Positions 16,381-23,321 of a stretch of 32,337 bases of DNA are shown one piece after another. Origin of the DNA: a virus (taxonomy: Duplodnaviria; Caudoviricetes); the IMG/VR virus record IMGVR_UViG_3300016263_000206, positions 1 through 32,337 of that record. The stretch is one strand, 5' to 3'. How positions within the stretch are numbered: position 1 is the stretch's first letter; every line of letters begins with the position of its first letter. The translations under genes were made by a program, and so were the position numbers. The notes under the pieces were generated by a model that made no database searches, had not been told where the DNA came from, and worked only from the letters and a program-made list of their open reading frames with translations.

Positions 16381-16510
16381 CTGCGTCCTTTGCTATTGGT
16401 AAAAATGCCCGCTCGGCGTCCTGCTCTGCGGGTGTTTGGTTGCGTCCTTGCTGCTGGGGCTCCGCCCCACTCCTTCCGCCTGACGGTTCCACCGGCAAGC
16501 GGTCCTTTGC
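16381..16510 (-). promoter_or_regulatory. GGA-repeat intergenic region (CsrA/RsmA-site-like)
   Basis: Eight GGA in ~125 nt, four as GCA(1-3)GGAC, two in hairpin loops (GGGGC-GGA-GCCCC, CGGT-GGA-ACCG). Confidence 0.55.
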
Positions 16511-16741
16511 TCAGTGCGTGATGTCCTTTGCCGAGACGGCCAGCCAGCCGCCGTCGATCTCGATGCTGAGCCGATCGCCGTCGATGTCCCAGATGCGGCC
16601 CTGCCACCGCTTGCCGCAGGTGGTGCCGCTGACGAAGTCGCCAACGGCGTAGGTGCGTTGGCTCGGCGTCTGCTCGTGCAGGCCGCTCACGGCGGCGAGG
16701 TACTCGTTTTCGTGCGGGCTGCTGTCGTTCGTGATGATCAT
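16511..16741 (-). CDS. Hypothetical protein, SH3/KOW-like C-terminal part (76 aa)
   Basis: AAGGAG RBS; YAVGDFVSG...WQGRIWDIDGDRLSIEIDGG. Confidence 0.8.
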   Translation of the reverse strand: MIITNDSSPHENEYLAAVSGLHEQTPSQRTYAVGDFVSGTTCGKRWQGRIWDIDGDRLSIEIDGGWLAVSAKDITH

Positions 16742-16769
16742 GGGGGGCTCTCCTTCGTGTGGGTGGCGT

Positions 16770-16797
16770 AATGTACGCCCGTTCAGTCGTTCGTCAA
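16770..16797 (-). promoter_or_regulatory. Sigma70-like early promoter overlapped by a TGAAC-N4-GTACA box
   Basis: TTGACG-N16-TACATT; box at 16772-16785. Confidence 0.65.
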
Positions 16798-16878
16798 ATC
16801 GGATTTAGGTGCGTGGCGTACGGGGAAAACGTCGATGAGGGGAGTCGAAAGTTTGTATAGGTGTCGCATGCCGGTATA

Positions 16879-16912
16879 GGTAGTTCGGCTACTTATAGCG
16901 GTAGTTCGGCTA
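16879..16912. repeat. 13-bp direct repeat GGTAGTTCGGCTA, 21-bp period (operator-like)
   Basis: Copies at 16879-16891 and 16900-16912; core shared with two promoter spacers. Confidence 0.7.
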
Positions 16913-16981
16913 ACGTGCAACCACGCCAGCCACGATCTTGAGAATCACCACGACGAGTTCGAGCCAGAGATCCGTGCTCAT
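16910..16981 (-). CDS. Hydrophobic micropeptide (23 aa, MSTDLWLELVVVILKIVAGVVAR)
   Basis: Strong RBS AAGGAGG; single TM-like helix. Confidence 0.62.
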   Translation of the reverse strand: MSTDLWLELVVVILKIVAGVVAR

Positions 16982-17064
16982 GTGTTGGCCCTCCTTGGCC
17001 TGGGGTAAAGAAGTGCCACCCGTTTCGCCCCTGTCGGCTGGCCGGGTGGCCCCACCGTGTGCGG

Positions 17065-17301
17065 TCAGATGGCGAAGCAGCTGAGCGGCAGGCGAATCTT
17101 GGCCTTGTCCACGCCGCGAACCGGGCAGTCGGCACTTACGGTCAAGACGTACTCGCCGATGATCTGGTTCCACTCGACGCGGCGGACGCAGTAGTGGCCG
17201 CCAGCTTTGGTGCGAATCTTGTCGCCAGACTTGATGGTGCATCCGCCAGCAGCCATTTCGTCAGCGATCATCCGAATCCCCTTGAGCGTTGCAGCGTTCA
17301 T
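17065..17301 (-). CDS. Hypothetical protein (78 aa)
   Basis: First ORF downstream of the promoter at 17359-17387. Confidence 0.65.
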   Translation of the reverse strand: MNAATLKGIRMIADEMAAGGCTIKSGDKIRTKAGGHYCVRRVEWNQIIGEYVLTVSADCPVRGVDKAKIRLPLSCFAI

Positions 17302-17358
17302 CGTTTCTGCCTTTGGCTTCGTGTCTCGCGGCGAGTCTCATTTGCTCGCCACGCCCAT

Positions 17359-17387
17359 ACTGTAGGGTATCGGTAGTTGGGCGTCAA
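17359..17387 (-). promoter_or_regulatory. Sigma70-like promoter
   Basis: TTGACG-N17-TACAGT with CCAACTACCG in the spacer. Confidence 0.7.
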
Positions 17388-17432
17388 GTAGTCCAGCAAA
17401 AAACTTGTTGGCCTGTTTTGCCGGGGAAAACG

Positions 17433-17714
17433 CTACTTCCGGCGGGCGGCAGCCTTCTTGGGCTTCTTCCGCTTGGCGGCTGGCCGCTTGGCCAAGTGCT
17501 TTTTGCCGACCGACCGGGTGCTGAGGTTGTCTTTGGCCTCGCGGGCGGCGGCGGCCGGGATTACCCAGACACGCTGGCCGATGCGACGTGCGCCAGCAAT
17601 CTTGCCGTCTCGCAGCAGCATCCGCACCCAGCCCTCGCTGCAGCCCATTACGGCCGTGGCTTCAGCCACGGTGAGGTATTCGCCGCCCTCGATGTTGTGC
17701 GCCATGCAAACCAT
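17433..17714 (-). CDS. HTH_17/excisionase-like DNA-binding protein (repressor or Xis candidate)
   Basis: YLTVAEATAVMGCSEGWVRMLLRDGKIAGARRIGQRVWVIP with a Lys/Arg-rich tail; divergent from the integrase; start 17714 or 17705. Confidence 0.82.
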   Translation of the reverse strand: MVCMAHNIEGGEYLTVAEATAVMGCSEGWVRMLLRDGKIAGARRIGQRVWVIPAAAAREAKDNLSTRSVGKKHLAKRPAAKRKKPKKAAARRK

Positions 17715-17721
17715 GCCCCCA

Positions 17722-17749
17722 ATACTACATGCCTGCGGTAGTTGGTCAA
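17722..17749 (-). promoter_or_regulatory. Sigma70-like promoter, near-leaderless, for the HTH gene
   Basis: TTGACC-N16-TAGTAT ending 7 nt before ATG 17714; contains CCAACTACCG. Confidence 0.6.
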
Positions 17750-17840
17750 ACCAGCGTCCCGCACCCCACTGACGCCGCCGGAATCCGGCAGGTTGCCCTG
17801 CCAGACCCGGTCGGCGTACAGTGGTGTACGTGAACTCTAC

Positions 17841-17861
17841 TGGAGGCGAGGGGAGATGAAC
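17841..17861 (-). other. Putative attP core resembling a tmRNA/tRNA-Ala 3' end
   Basis: Minus strand GTTCATCTCCCCTCGCCTCCA resembles T-loop, T-stem and acceptor end GTTCRANTCCCCTCGCCTCCA; ~55 nt upstream of int. Confidence 0.55.
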
Positions 17862-17870
17862 ACTTGTACA
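17857..17870. promoter_or_regulatory. SOS-box-like motif TGAAC-ACTT-GTACA upstream of the integrase
   Basis: Same arms as 16772-16785. Confidence 0.5.
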
Positions 17871-17913
17871 GCATGTACACTCAATCCCAACATAACCAAG
17901 GGAGACGTAAGTC

Positions 17914-18828
17914 ATGTGTGCGATGTCATTGCGAGAACTCAGCGAGCGTTACTGCCTGCTTCGTGGATTGAAAGACAAGAGCGTCGGCCTGTACTGCATG
18001 CTGTGGGACCGCGTGGATGCGTTTTTGGGACGTGAAGGCACGGTGGCCGACTTGGATGACCTCGTCATCAGTCGGTACCTCAAGTGGCGTGCAGAGACGC
18101 CCGGGTGGCGTGGGCGGCTGCCGAGTCCGGCGACGGTGCGAAAGGATCGCGTGATGATCCAAGCCGTCTGGACGTACGCCGCCCGCAAGCGGATCGTGGC
18201 CGAGTTCCCAGAACTTCCGAAGGTGAAGGTGCCGAAGCGGCTGCCAATCGGCAGGGCCTACACCGCAGATGACGTAGCCAAACTGATCCGGCGGTGCCGG
18301 CACCGCATCGGCCGCACCGGGGGCCTGCCGTCGGGCTGGTGGTGGGCAACGCTGCTCTACACCATCTACTGCACCGGCGAGCGGTTCGAGGCCGCTACCA
18401 GCCTGCGATGGGCTCAGGTGGACCTGGAGCGGTGCCGGGTGGTGTTTCTTGGGAGCACCCGCAAGGGAGCCACCAGAGACATCGAGCGCGCCATTACGCC
18501 CGACCTGGCCACGATGCTGGCAATGCACAGGCGCGAGCCGGCAGACCTCGTCTGGCCGTGGGACCGCCGAGGCCGCAGCCAGTGGGCGTCGCTCAAGGTT
18601 CTCTGCCGATCGGCCGGCGTGCAGTACCGGGGCTTTCACGGACTGCGACGCACGGCGGCCTCGTACGCCGCACTGGCCGGCGGGGCCGCTGCCGCCACAC
18701 TCCTGCTCGACCACAGTGATCCTAACTTGCAGCGGGTGTATGTGGACCCGTTGATCTGCCCAACCGAGGGCAACAGCACGGCGGCACTACCACCGCTGGA
18801 CCTCGACGGGCCGAATAAGCCGAGGTAG
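17914..18828 (+). CDS. int: Tyrosine integrase
   Basis: TGER, FHGLRRT, LLDHS, RVYV catalytic motifs; N-terminal core-binding domain; AAGGGAG RBS. Confidence 0.92.
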   Translation: MCAMSLRELSERYCLLRGLKDKSVGLYCMLWDRVDAFLGREGTVADLDDLVISRYLKWRAETPGWRGRLPSPATVRKDRVMIQAVWTYAARKRIVAEFPELPKVKVPKRLPIGRAYTADDVAKLIRRCRHRIGRTGGLPSGWWWATLLYTIYCTGERFEAATSLRWAQVDLERCRVVFLGSTRKGATRDIERAITPDLATMLAMHRREPADLVWPWDRRGRSQWASLKVLCRSAGVQYRGFHGLRRTAASYAALAGGAAAATLLLDHSDPNLQRVYVDPLICPTEGNSTAALPPLDLDGPNKPR

Positions 18829-18888
18829 CCGAGCAAGCGGGGAGGCAGCGGGGAAAGGAGTACCCGCCGCCTCAACCCGCCGCCCGGC
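18828..18888. terminator. Long GC hairpin between convergent genes
   Basis: GCGGG-GAGGC-A-GCGGG [GAAAGGAGTA] CCCGC-C-GCCTC-AA-CCCGC; no U-tract. Confidence 0.55.
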
Positions 18889-19068
18889 TCACGCATCGAC
18901 TCGCCTGGCTCGCTCGACGGCGGCCTCACCCTTCACGCGGCTGAGCTCCCCGAGCAGTCGCAGCACGTCCGCTGCCAGCGTGCCCGAGGTGCCCGTGAAC
19001 GCACCGCTGAACTTGCGGGCACGCATCTCGCATTCGAGCAGGTAGGCGTCGGTGAGCGGCTCAGGCAT
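18889..19068 (-). CDS. Hypothetical protein (59 aa, MPEPLTDAYL...)
   Basis: ATG 19068 overlaps the upstream gene end; GAGG RBS. Confidence 0.7.
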   Translation of the reverse strand: MPEPLTDAYLLECEMRARKFSGAFTGTSGTLAADVLRLLGELSRVKGEAAVERARRVDA

Positions 19069-19693
19069 TGCGGCCCTCGTCGAACAGTACCGCTGACAGC
19101 AGGCAATAGGCGGCGCAGTCCATGAGCGTGTCCCTAACTCCCTCGTGCACCAGGCGGCCAGTGCGGCAGTACGTGCGAAGCCTCTGCACCTTATCTGCGA
19201 TGCGAACCATGCACGCTCGCCATGGCTCGATGCCCACGAACTCGGCACCTTGGCGGATGTTGGCGAGCGGGTCCGACTCGCTGCCGTAGTCCTGGCTCTT
19301 GGACAGATGCAGCGTCCGCAGCTCCTCGAGCAACTCAAGAAACGGCAGTGAGCCTGGCCGTTGGACGTGCGCGATGCCATCACCCCGCAGCCGCTCAATG
19401 GCTTCGTCAAGCTCGTCCTGACTGAGCCCGGCCCGGTGCAGGTGGTGGTCATCAATCTGCTGTTGCAGGTCGTCATCGGTCAGACGTGTTGCGTCGTGTA
19501 ACAAATCCGCTGCTATTTGTCGTTCGGGCAGAGGTTCCGTAACACGATGCCGGCCAGCGTCGATATCGGCCTGCGTGAACTCATTCGTGTACCACTCCTC
19601 GTGCGGCTTGCCGGCGGCCTGAGCCTCGCGGCGTTGTTGGACTGCGGTGCGGAGTGCGTCGTTGGCGGCGTCAATCGTGGTCGTCATTGTCAT
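19061..19693 (-). CDS. DUF1599/nucleotide-modification-associated domain protein
   Basis: C-terminal HLSKSQDYG..DPLANI...RIADKVQRL...EGVRDTLMDCAAYCLL. Confidence 0.72.
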   Translation of the reverse strand: MTMTTTIDAANDALRTAVQQRREAQAAGKPHEEWYTNEFTQADIDAGRHRVTEPLPERQIAADLLHDATRLTDDDLQQQIDDHHLHRAGLSQDELDEAIERLRGDGIAHVQRPGSLPFLELLEELRTLHLSKSQDYGSESDPLANIRQGAEFVGIEPWRACMVRIADKVQRLRTYCRTGRLVHEGVRDTLMDCAAYCLLSAVLFDEGRNA

Positions 19694-20576
19694 CCCTAGG
19701 GCTGTCGTGGAAGGAGGCTCGGAGTTCCGTATGGTCTACATTCCACCGCAAGAGCATCCACCAACCGCCCAGCGGCCTGCTGCTCATGCCCTTCTCGACA
19801 GCCCAGCCATCGGTCAGGCACTCCTGCTTGTACGCCGCCGATCGCACTAGATGGATCGGCCGCACCTTCACGAGCCCGGTAGGCGATAGCCGCATCCGGC
19901 TTGCCTCAATCATCGTTCTCTGGTGAACGTGCCCGGCGTGAATGCAGTCTGCGTCCACGTCTACGAGATAGCGGCTGTAGTCGATTACGCCCCTCGTCAC
20001 CGGCCCGCCGCCGCCGTAACCGTGGTGGTACCACAATCGGTACAGTGCCGAGTTGGTTTTGCCGCTTCTCGCACGAAACATCACCCAGCCTGAGTAGCCG
20101 GCGTGACGCACCTTTGAGCCACGCTGCCGCAGCTGCTCCACGAGCCTGGTGGTTAGGCACGTCTCCATCCGCTTCCGCACGGCCGTCTCGTGATTGCCGG
20201 GCGTGATCAGTGCCATCTGCTCGCGGTACGGCTCGAGCCACTCGGCACACTGCGTCACGATGTCATCGTAGTAGTTGCCACGCTGGAACTCTGGCCGCAC
20301 GTCCCACTTGCCGTTCGAGCGTGGATCGTACTTGCCGCCCATGGCGTCAAAGTGATCGCCAATGCTGAGCACCGCAGCGTTGAGTTCGCGCGCCTTCGCC
20401 AAGTCGGCCGCAAGTTTCTCTCGGTTGCACTTCACGGAGTCCCAGTGCCAATCGCTTGAGAGCAGCACCCAGAGCCGAGTCGAGAAGTCAATGCGAGTTA
20501 CGCCGCCTTCAAGACTCGTGGCCAGCCACGGGTCGCTGGCGTTCTTGCGGCGAAACGTGCCTGCACTACGGGCCAT
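19671..20576 (-). CDS. Calcineurin-like metallophosphoesterase
   Basis: SDWH, IGDHFD, GNHE, HHG, AGHVH. Confidence 0.9.
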   Translation of the reverse strand: MARSAGTFRRKNASDPWLATSLEGGVTRIDFSTRLWVLLSSDWHWDSVKCNREKLAADLAKARELNAAVLSIGDHFDAMGGKYDPRSNGKWDVRPEFQRGNYYDDIVTQCAEWLEPYREQMALITPGNHETAVRKRMETCLTTRLVEQLRQRGSKVRHAGYSGWVMFRARSGKTNSALYRLWYHHGYGGGGPVTRGVIDYSRYLVDVDADCIHAGHVHQRTMIEASRMRLSPTGLVKVRPIHLVRSAAYKQECLTDGWAVEKGMSSRPLGGWWMLLRWNVDHTELRASFHDSPRDDNDDHD

Positions 20577-20853
20577 CCTGCACCTCTCTGAAACCGAGGG
20601 CGTACAAAACCTTGGCGATGTCCTTGCCAGCCTGCTCCGTGTGCTCCTCGCTGGCGGTTGGGTATAGAGCGTGGAGCAACTCGTGCACGATGATCGTGAG
20701 CTTGTGGCGGCCCTTCAGCCCGTTGTGGATGAGTATGCGTGGCCGCTTCGCCTTCTGCGAGAACGTGTAGCCGTACGCCTGGCCCTTTAAGTCGGTGAAG
20801 CGGATCAACCACCGCTCGTCACCGTTCAACGTAAAAACGTGATCCTCGGCCAC
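20566..20853 (-). CDS. Small HExxH metallopeptidase-like protein
   Basis: TIIVHELLHAL...SEE; AAAGGAG RBS. Confidence 0.75.
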   Translation of the reverse strand: MAEDHVFTLNGDERWLIRFTDLKGQAYGYTFSQKAKRPRILIHNGLKGRHKLTIIVHELLHALYPTASEEHTEQAGKDIAKVLYALGFREVQDGP

Positions 20854-20873
20854 GGGCAGACTCCTTTCGCCCG

Positions 20874-20893
20874 ACTATTGCAGGGCCGTCAAC
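20874..20893 (-). promoter_or_regulatory. Phage promoter motif copy 3 (GTTGAC-GGCC-CTGC-AATAGT)
   Basis: Predicted +1 at 20867, at the start of the AAAGGAG RBS. Confidence 0.58.
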
Positions 20894-21293
20894 GGGCAGC
20901 CTTGGCTCGCGCCCTGCGGCACGCTAGCCGAACGAGTTGCCGTGCTCCGAAATCGCTCCACGGCAAAAGCGTCGTGCCATTTGCGCGCCGCCTCCCGTGT
21001 TCCGCCCGCATTACGTTAAGAATCCTGGCCATCCCCTCAAGGCTCTCGCACCAGTCTGGGCCAAGCCGGTCCATAGTTGCAGCCATGCTACGGCAAGGGC
21101 AGTCAGGGGCAGGCTCAATAGCTAGCCAGTCCCTGAGCAATGCGTGGAGTTCCGTGCCGGGCAAAGCCTGGATGTGCAGTCCAGCAGCATTGCACTTGCG
21201 GTAGATTGGAAGCCGAGCAGCTTTGATAAATCGCCCGCAACGCGAGCAAGCAAACCCATCGCCGGATTTCTCAAAGCTGCAGGCCGCTACCAT
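20889..21293 (-). CDS. Cys-rich hypothetical protein (134 aa)
   Basis: CSRCG, PGTEL, CPC motifs; ATG 21293. Confidence 0.72.
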   Translation of the reverse strand: MVAACSFEKSGDGFACSRCGRFIKAARLPIYRKCNAAGLHIQALPGTELHALLRDWLAIEPAPDCPCRSMAATMDRLGPDWCESLEGMARILNVMRAEHGRRRANGTTLLPWSDFGARQLVRLACRRARAKAAR

Positions 21294-21817
21294 ACGGCTT
21301 CTAGGTCCACTTGAAGACGAAACGCCTTGCCGGCCTGCGGGCTGGTGGCCGGGCAATTATCAAACGGCTCCGCAAAACGTACCGAGAATGGTGTTTCAAA
21401 GGAAAAAGAGACAGTACCTTGCGTGTCGCATAAGTGCGGAAGCCTGTCTTGAAATACGTCTTGCACAGTATCAATCTGGCGTCCGCATGTGACAGACGAC
21501 AGGTCGGCGCATCGCAGCACGTTAAGTTGGGCCGACAACTCGTTCTGACTGCCGCTGCAAAACCAGCAAACGGTTATTGTCAGCCCGTCTTCTCTCACGA
21601 ACTGATAGCAGGGGTTGAATAGATTGAGATCAGCGAACTCCAGCACATACGTGCCGTCTAGCAGCGATCTGTAGTATTCGTCGCTGCAGTCATCAAAGCC
21701 TGGCGGAAACTGTGCAGTACGCTCTCCGACTGTCAATACGACGATGACCTCCAATGGCACACGCAGGCCGTTGTGGCATTCGCACCGCTTTAAAACCGTG
21801 CAGCACGCGCAACCCAT
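21287..21817 (-). CDS. Cys-rich hypothetical tail-region protein (176 aa, MGCACC...)
   Basis: ATG 21817 overlaps the upstream TGA; 13 Cys. Confidence 0.7.
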   Translation of the reverse strand: MGCACCTVLKRCECHNGLRVPLEVIVVLTVGERTAQFPPGFDDCSDEYYRSLLDGTYVLEFADLNLFNPCYQFVREDGLTITVCWFCSGSQNELSAQLNVLRCADLSSVTCGRQIDTVQDVFQDRLPHLCDTQGTVSFSFETPFSVRFAEPFDNCPATSPQAGKAFRLQVDLEAVW

Positions 21818-22398
21818 CACGGCACTCGCAATCGAAGAAAAGCGCTTGCGGTTGTCCCAACAACGGCTATGCCAACGGCGGTAGCGCTGACGACAGTGAC
21901 CTGGGAGGTGCTTAAAGTCTTTCCGACGGTAATCACGCAATTGAGCGTATTTAGCGTCGCTGCCAGAGCCACGTCCTGCACAACATTTATGGTGGTGAAA
22001 CCTGCCGCGACTGCCGATGATTGGGTTGCTGTAACAAAAACCGCGTTCTGCTGTTGCAGCACCGGGACCACCAAGTACCATGCAGTGCCGTCTTTGCCGA
22101 CAATGCAAGGCTCGTTGACATAGCCTTGCTCTGTGATCGGCCAAGACAGATTCAAGACATTTGCGGTAGCCGTTGGCGCGTTGCTAAAGGTGACGACCTT
22201 TTGGCTGCTGATTGGCCAAGAGCCGGAAAACGTAGCGGCGCGTACTAACTTAGGCGGCCTGTCGCCGATCAACCTCGCAAAACTTAGCGGGGCAGTCGGC
22301 GACGGCGTTTGCTCAGCGGTGCGAACGACGCTTGCGATACGCTGGGCTGACTCCAGCGTGAACTGCACGGCGTCGCCAGGGCTTTTCTTGCGAGCCAT
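21817..22398 (-). CDS. Putative tail-tip/minor tail protein (193 aa)
   Basis: ATG 22398 two nt after the upstream stop; Thr/Val/Ala-rich; position after tape measure. Confidence 0.7.
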   Translation of the reverse strand: MARKKSPGDAVQFTLESAQRIASVVRTAEQTPSPTAPLSFARLIGDRPPKLVRAATFSGSWPISSQKVVTFSNAPTATANVLNLSWPITEQGYVNEPCIVGKDGTAWYLVVPVLQQQNAVFVTATQSSAVAAGFTTINVVQDVALAATLNTLNCVITVGKTLSTSQVTVVSATAVGIAVVGTTASAFLRLRVP

Positions 22399-22400
22399 TG

Positions 22401-23318
22401 CTACACCGTAGGTGGCACGCCGAATAGGGCCGAGAAGTTGGCTTCCCGGTGGACACGAAACTCGTGGATGTGGGCGTATCCGTTTAAGTTGATACCACCG
22501 CTGCCGTTTAGTGCGACCGGATTGGGACTGGCAACCCACTCAGCGTTTTGACTGTCAAACACCATGGCTCGGCGTTTTTGGTTTCCGTCGAGGTAGTTGT
22601 ATCCAACGTCTGGCAGGAACAAGTTCCAAGTGCTCTCGCGGAAATGGATCTCCGACGTGGTTCGCCAGTAGTTGTAGGAAACATTGTTATATACCTCGGT
22701 CACGTACTCGGTCTGCACGCCGGCAACTTTCCAGCAATGCACGTTGTTCGTGCCGAGATAGCTTGATGCGTTCAGTTTGTTAGTTGATGCGATCAGATCC
22801 TGCGGCCCGCCAGCTGCGTCGAAGTCGGGGTAGTTTTTGGTGATCCTGGCCACCACTATGAGCTCTTCGGTGGTGAGCCCTTCGTAGTAATCGAACGCAG
22901 AGTTGACCAGGGGCCTTCTGGTCGTGCCGTCCCAGTAATAAAGGGCCGCCACCTGGCTCGGCTTTGCGTCGAAAGACCACTCGGACGTTCGGCTGAGAGG
23001 CGAGAGCAGTTCGTTTGCAGAAACGACTCCGTACTCCGCAGTCACGAGAACGTGGTACGGGGAGTCCTCGTGCCGCTCGGTCAGCGTCACCTTGCGAAGG
23101 CCGATCCATGCAAACTCTGGGTGCGGCGAGCCATAGTTGGCCAGATTGACGCCGCCGACGTTGATGCCTGGGTCGGTGATGACAGCCGTATGCGTGGCGG
23201 GATTGTTCGCCAGCGTGTCGTTCGTGAGCGTGACGGCCCAACTTAGGACCGCCAGTGGACGGCCCCCGAGTTCGTTTTCAAAGCGACGCGGCAGCTCAGT
23301 GACCTTGGCGATGCCCAT
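22401..23318 (-). CDS. Putative tail-tip/baseplate-hub protein
   Basis: 305 aa directly after tape measure; positional call only. Confidence 0.7.
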   Translation of the reverse strand: MGIAKVTELPRRFENELGGRPLAVLSWAVTLTNDTLANNPATHTAVITDPGINVGGVNLANYGSPHPEFAWIGLRKVTLTERHEDSPYHVLVTAEYGVVSANELLSPLSRTSEWSFDAKPSQVAALYYWDGTTRRPLVNSAFDYYEGLTTEELIVVARITKNYPDFDAAGGPQDLIASTNKLNASSYLGTNNVHCWKVAGVQTEYVTEVYNNVSYNYWRTTSEIHFRESTWNLFLPDVGYNYLDGNQKRRAMVFDSQNAEWVASPNPVALNGSGGINLNGYAHIHEFRVHREANFSALFGVPPTV

Positions 23319-23321
23319 TGC

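Noticed and set aside
16380-16607. N-terminal extension of the 222-aa ORF
   Set aside because: Overlaps ORF 16511-16741 and the GGA array; the RBS supports ATG 16379
17010-17055. Hammerhead ribozyme in the micropeptide leader
   Set aside because: GAAA is present but there is no CUGANGA core or third stem
16821-17432. CGTTTTCCCCG as a type I-E CRISPR repeat fragment
   Set aside because: Only 11 bp match, the two copies are 600 bp apart, and there is no repeat-spacer periodicity or cas gene; no CRISPR array seen anywhere in the window
17841-17861. tRNA gene
   Set aside because: Only a 3'-end-like fragment; no D arm, anticodon arm or 5' acceptor strand. No complete tRNA was recognised in the window
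17914-18828. Integrase as the IntI for the cassette
   Set aside because: No IntI-specific insertion is visible before HxxR; it lies 10 kb away with its own attP-like site
19499-19525. Possible second attC (AACAAAT...ATTTGT-C-GTT)
   Set aside because: Too short, lacks L boxes and extrahelical-base geometry, and lies inside a CDS
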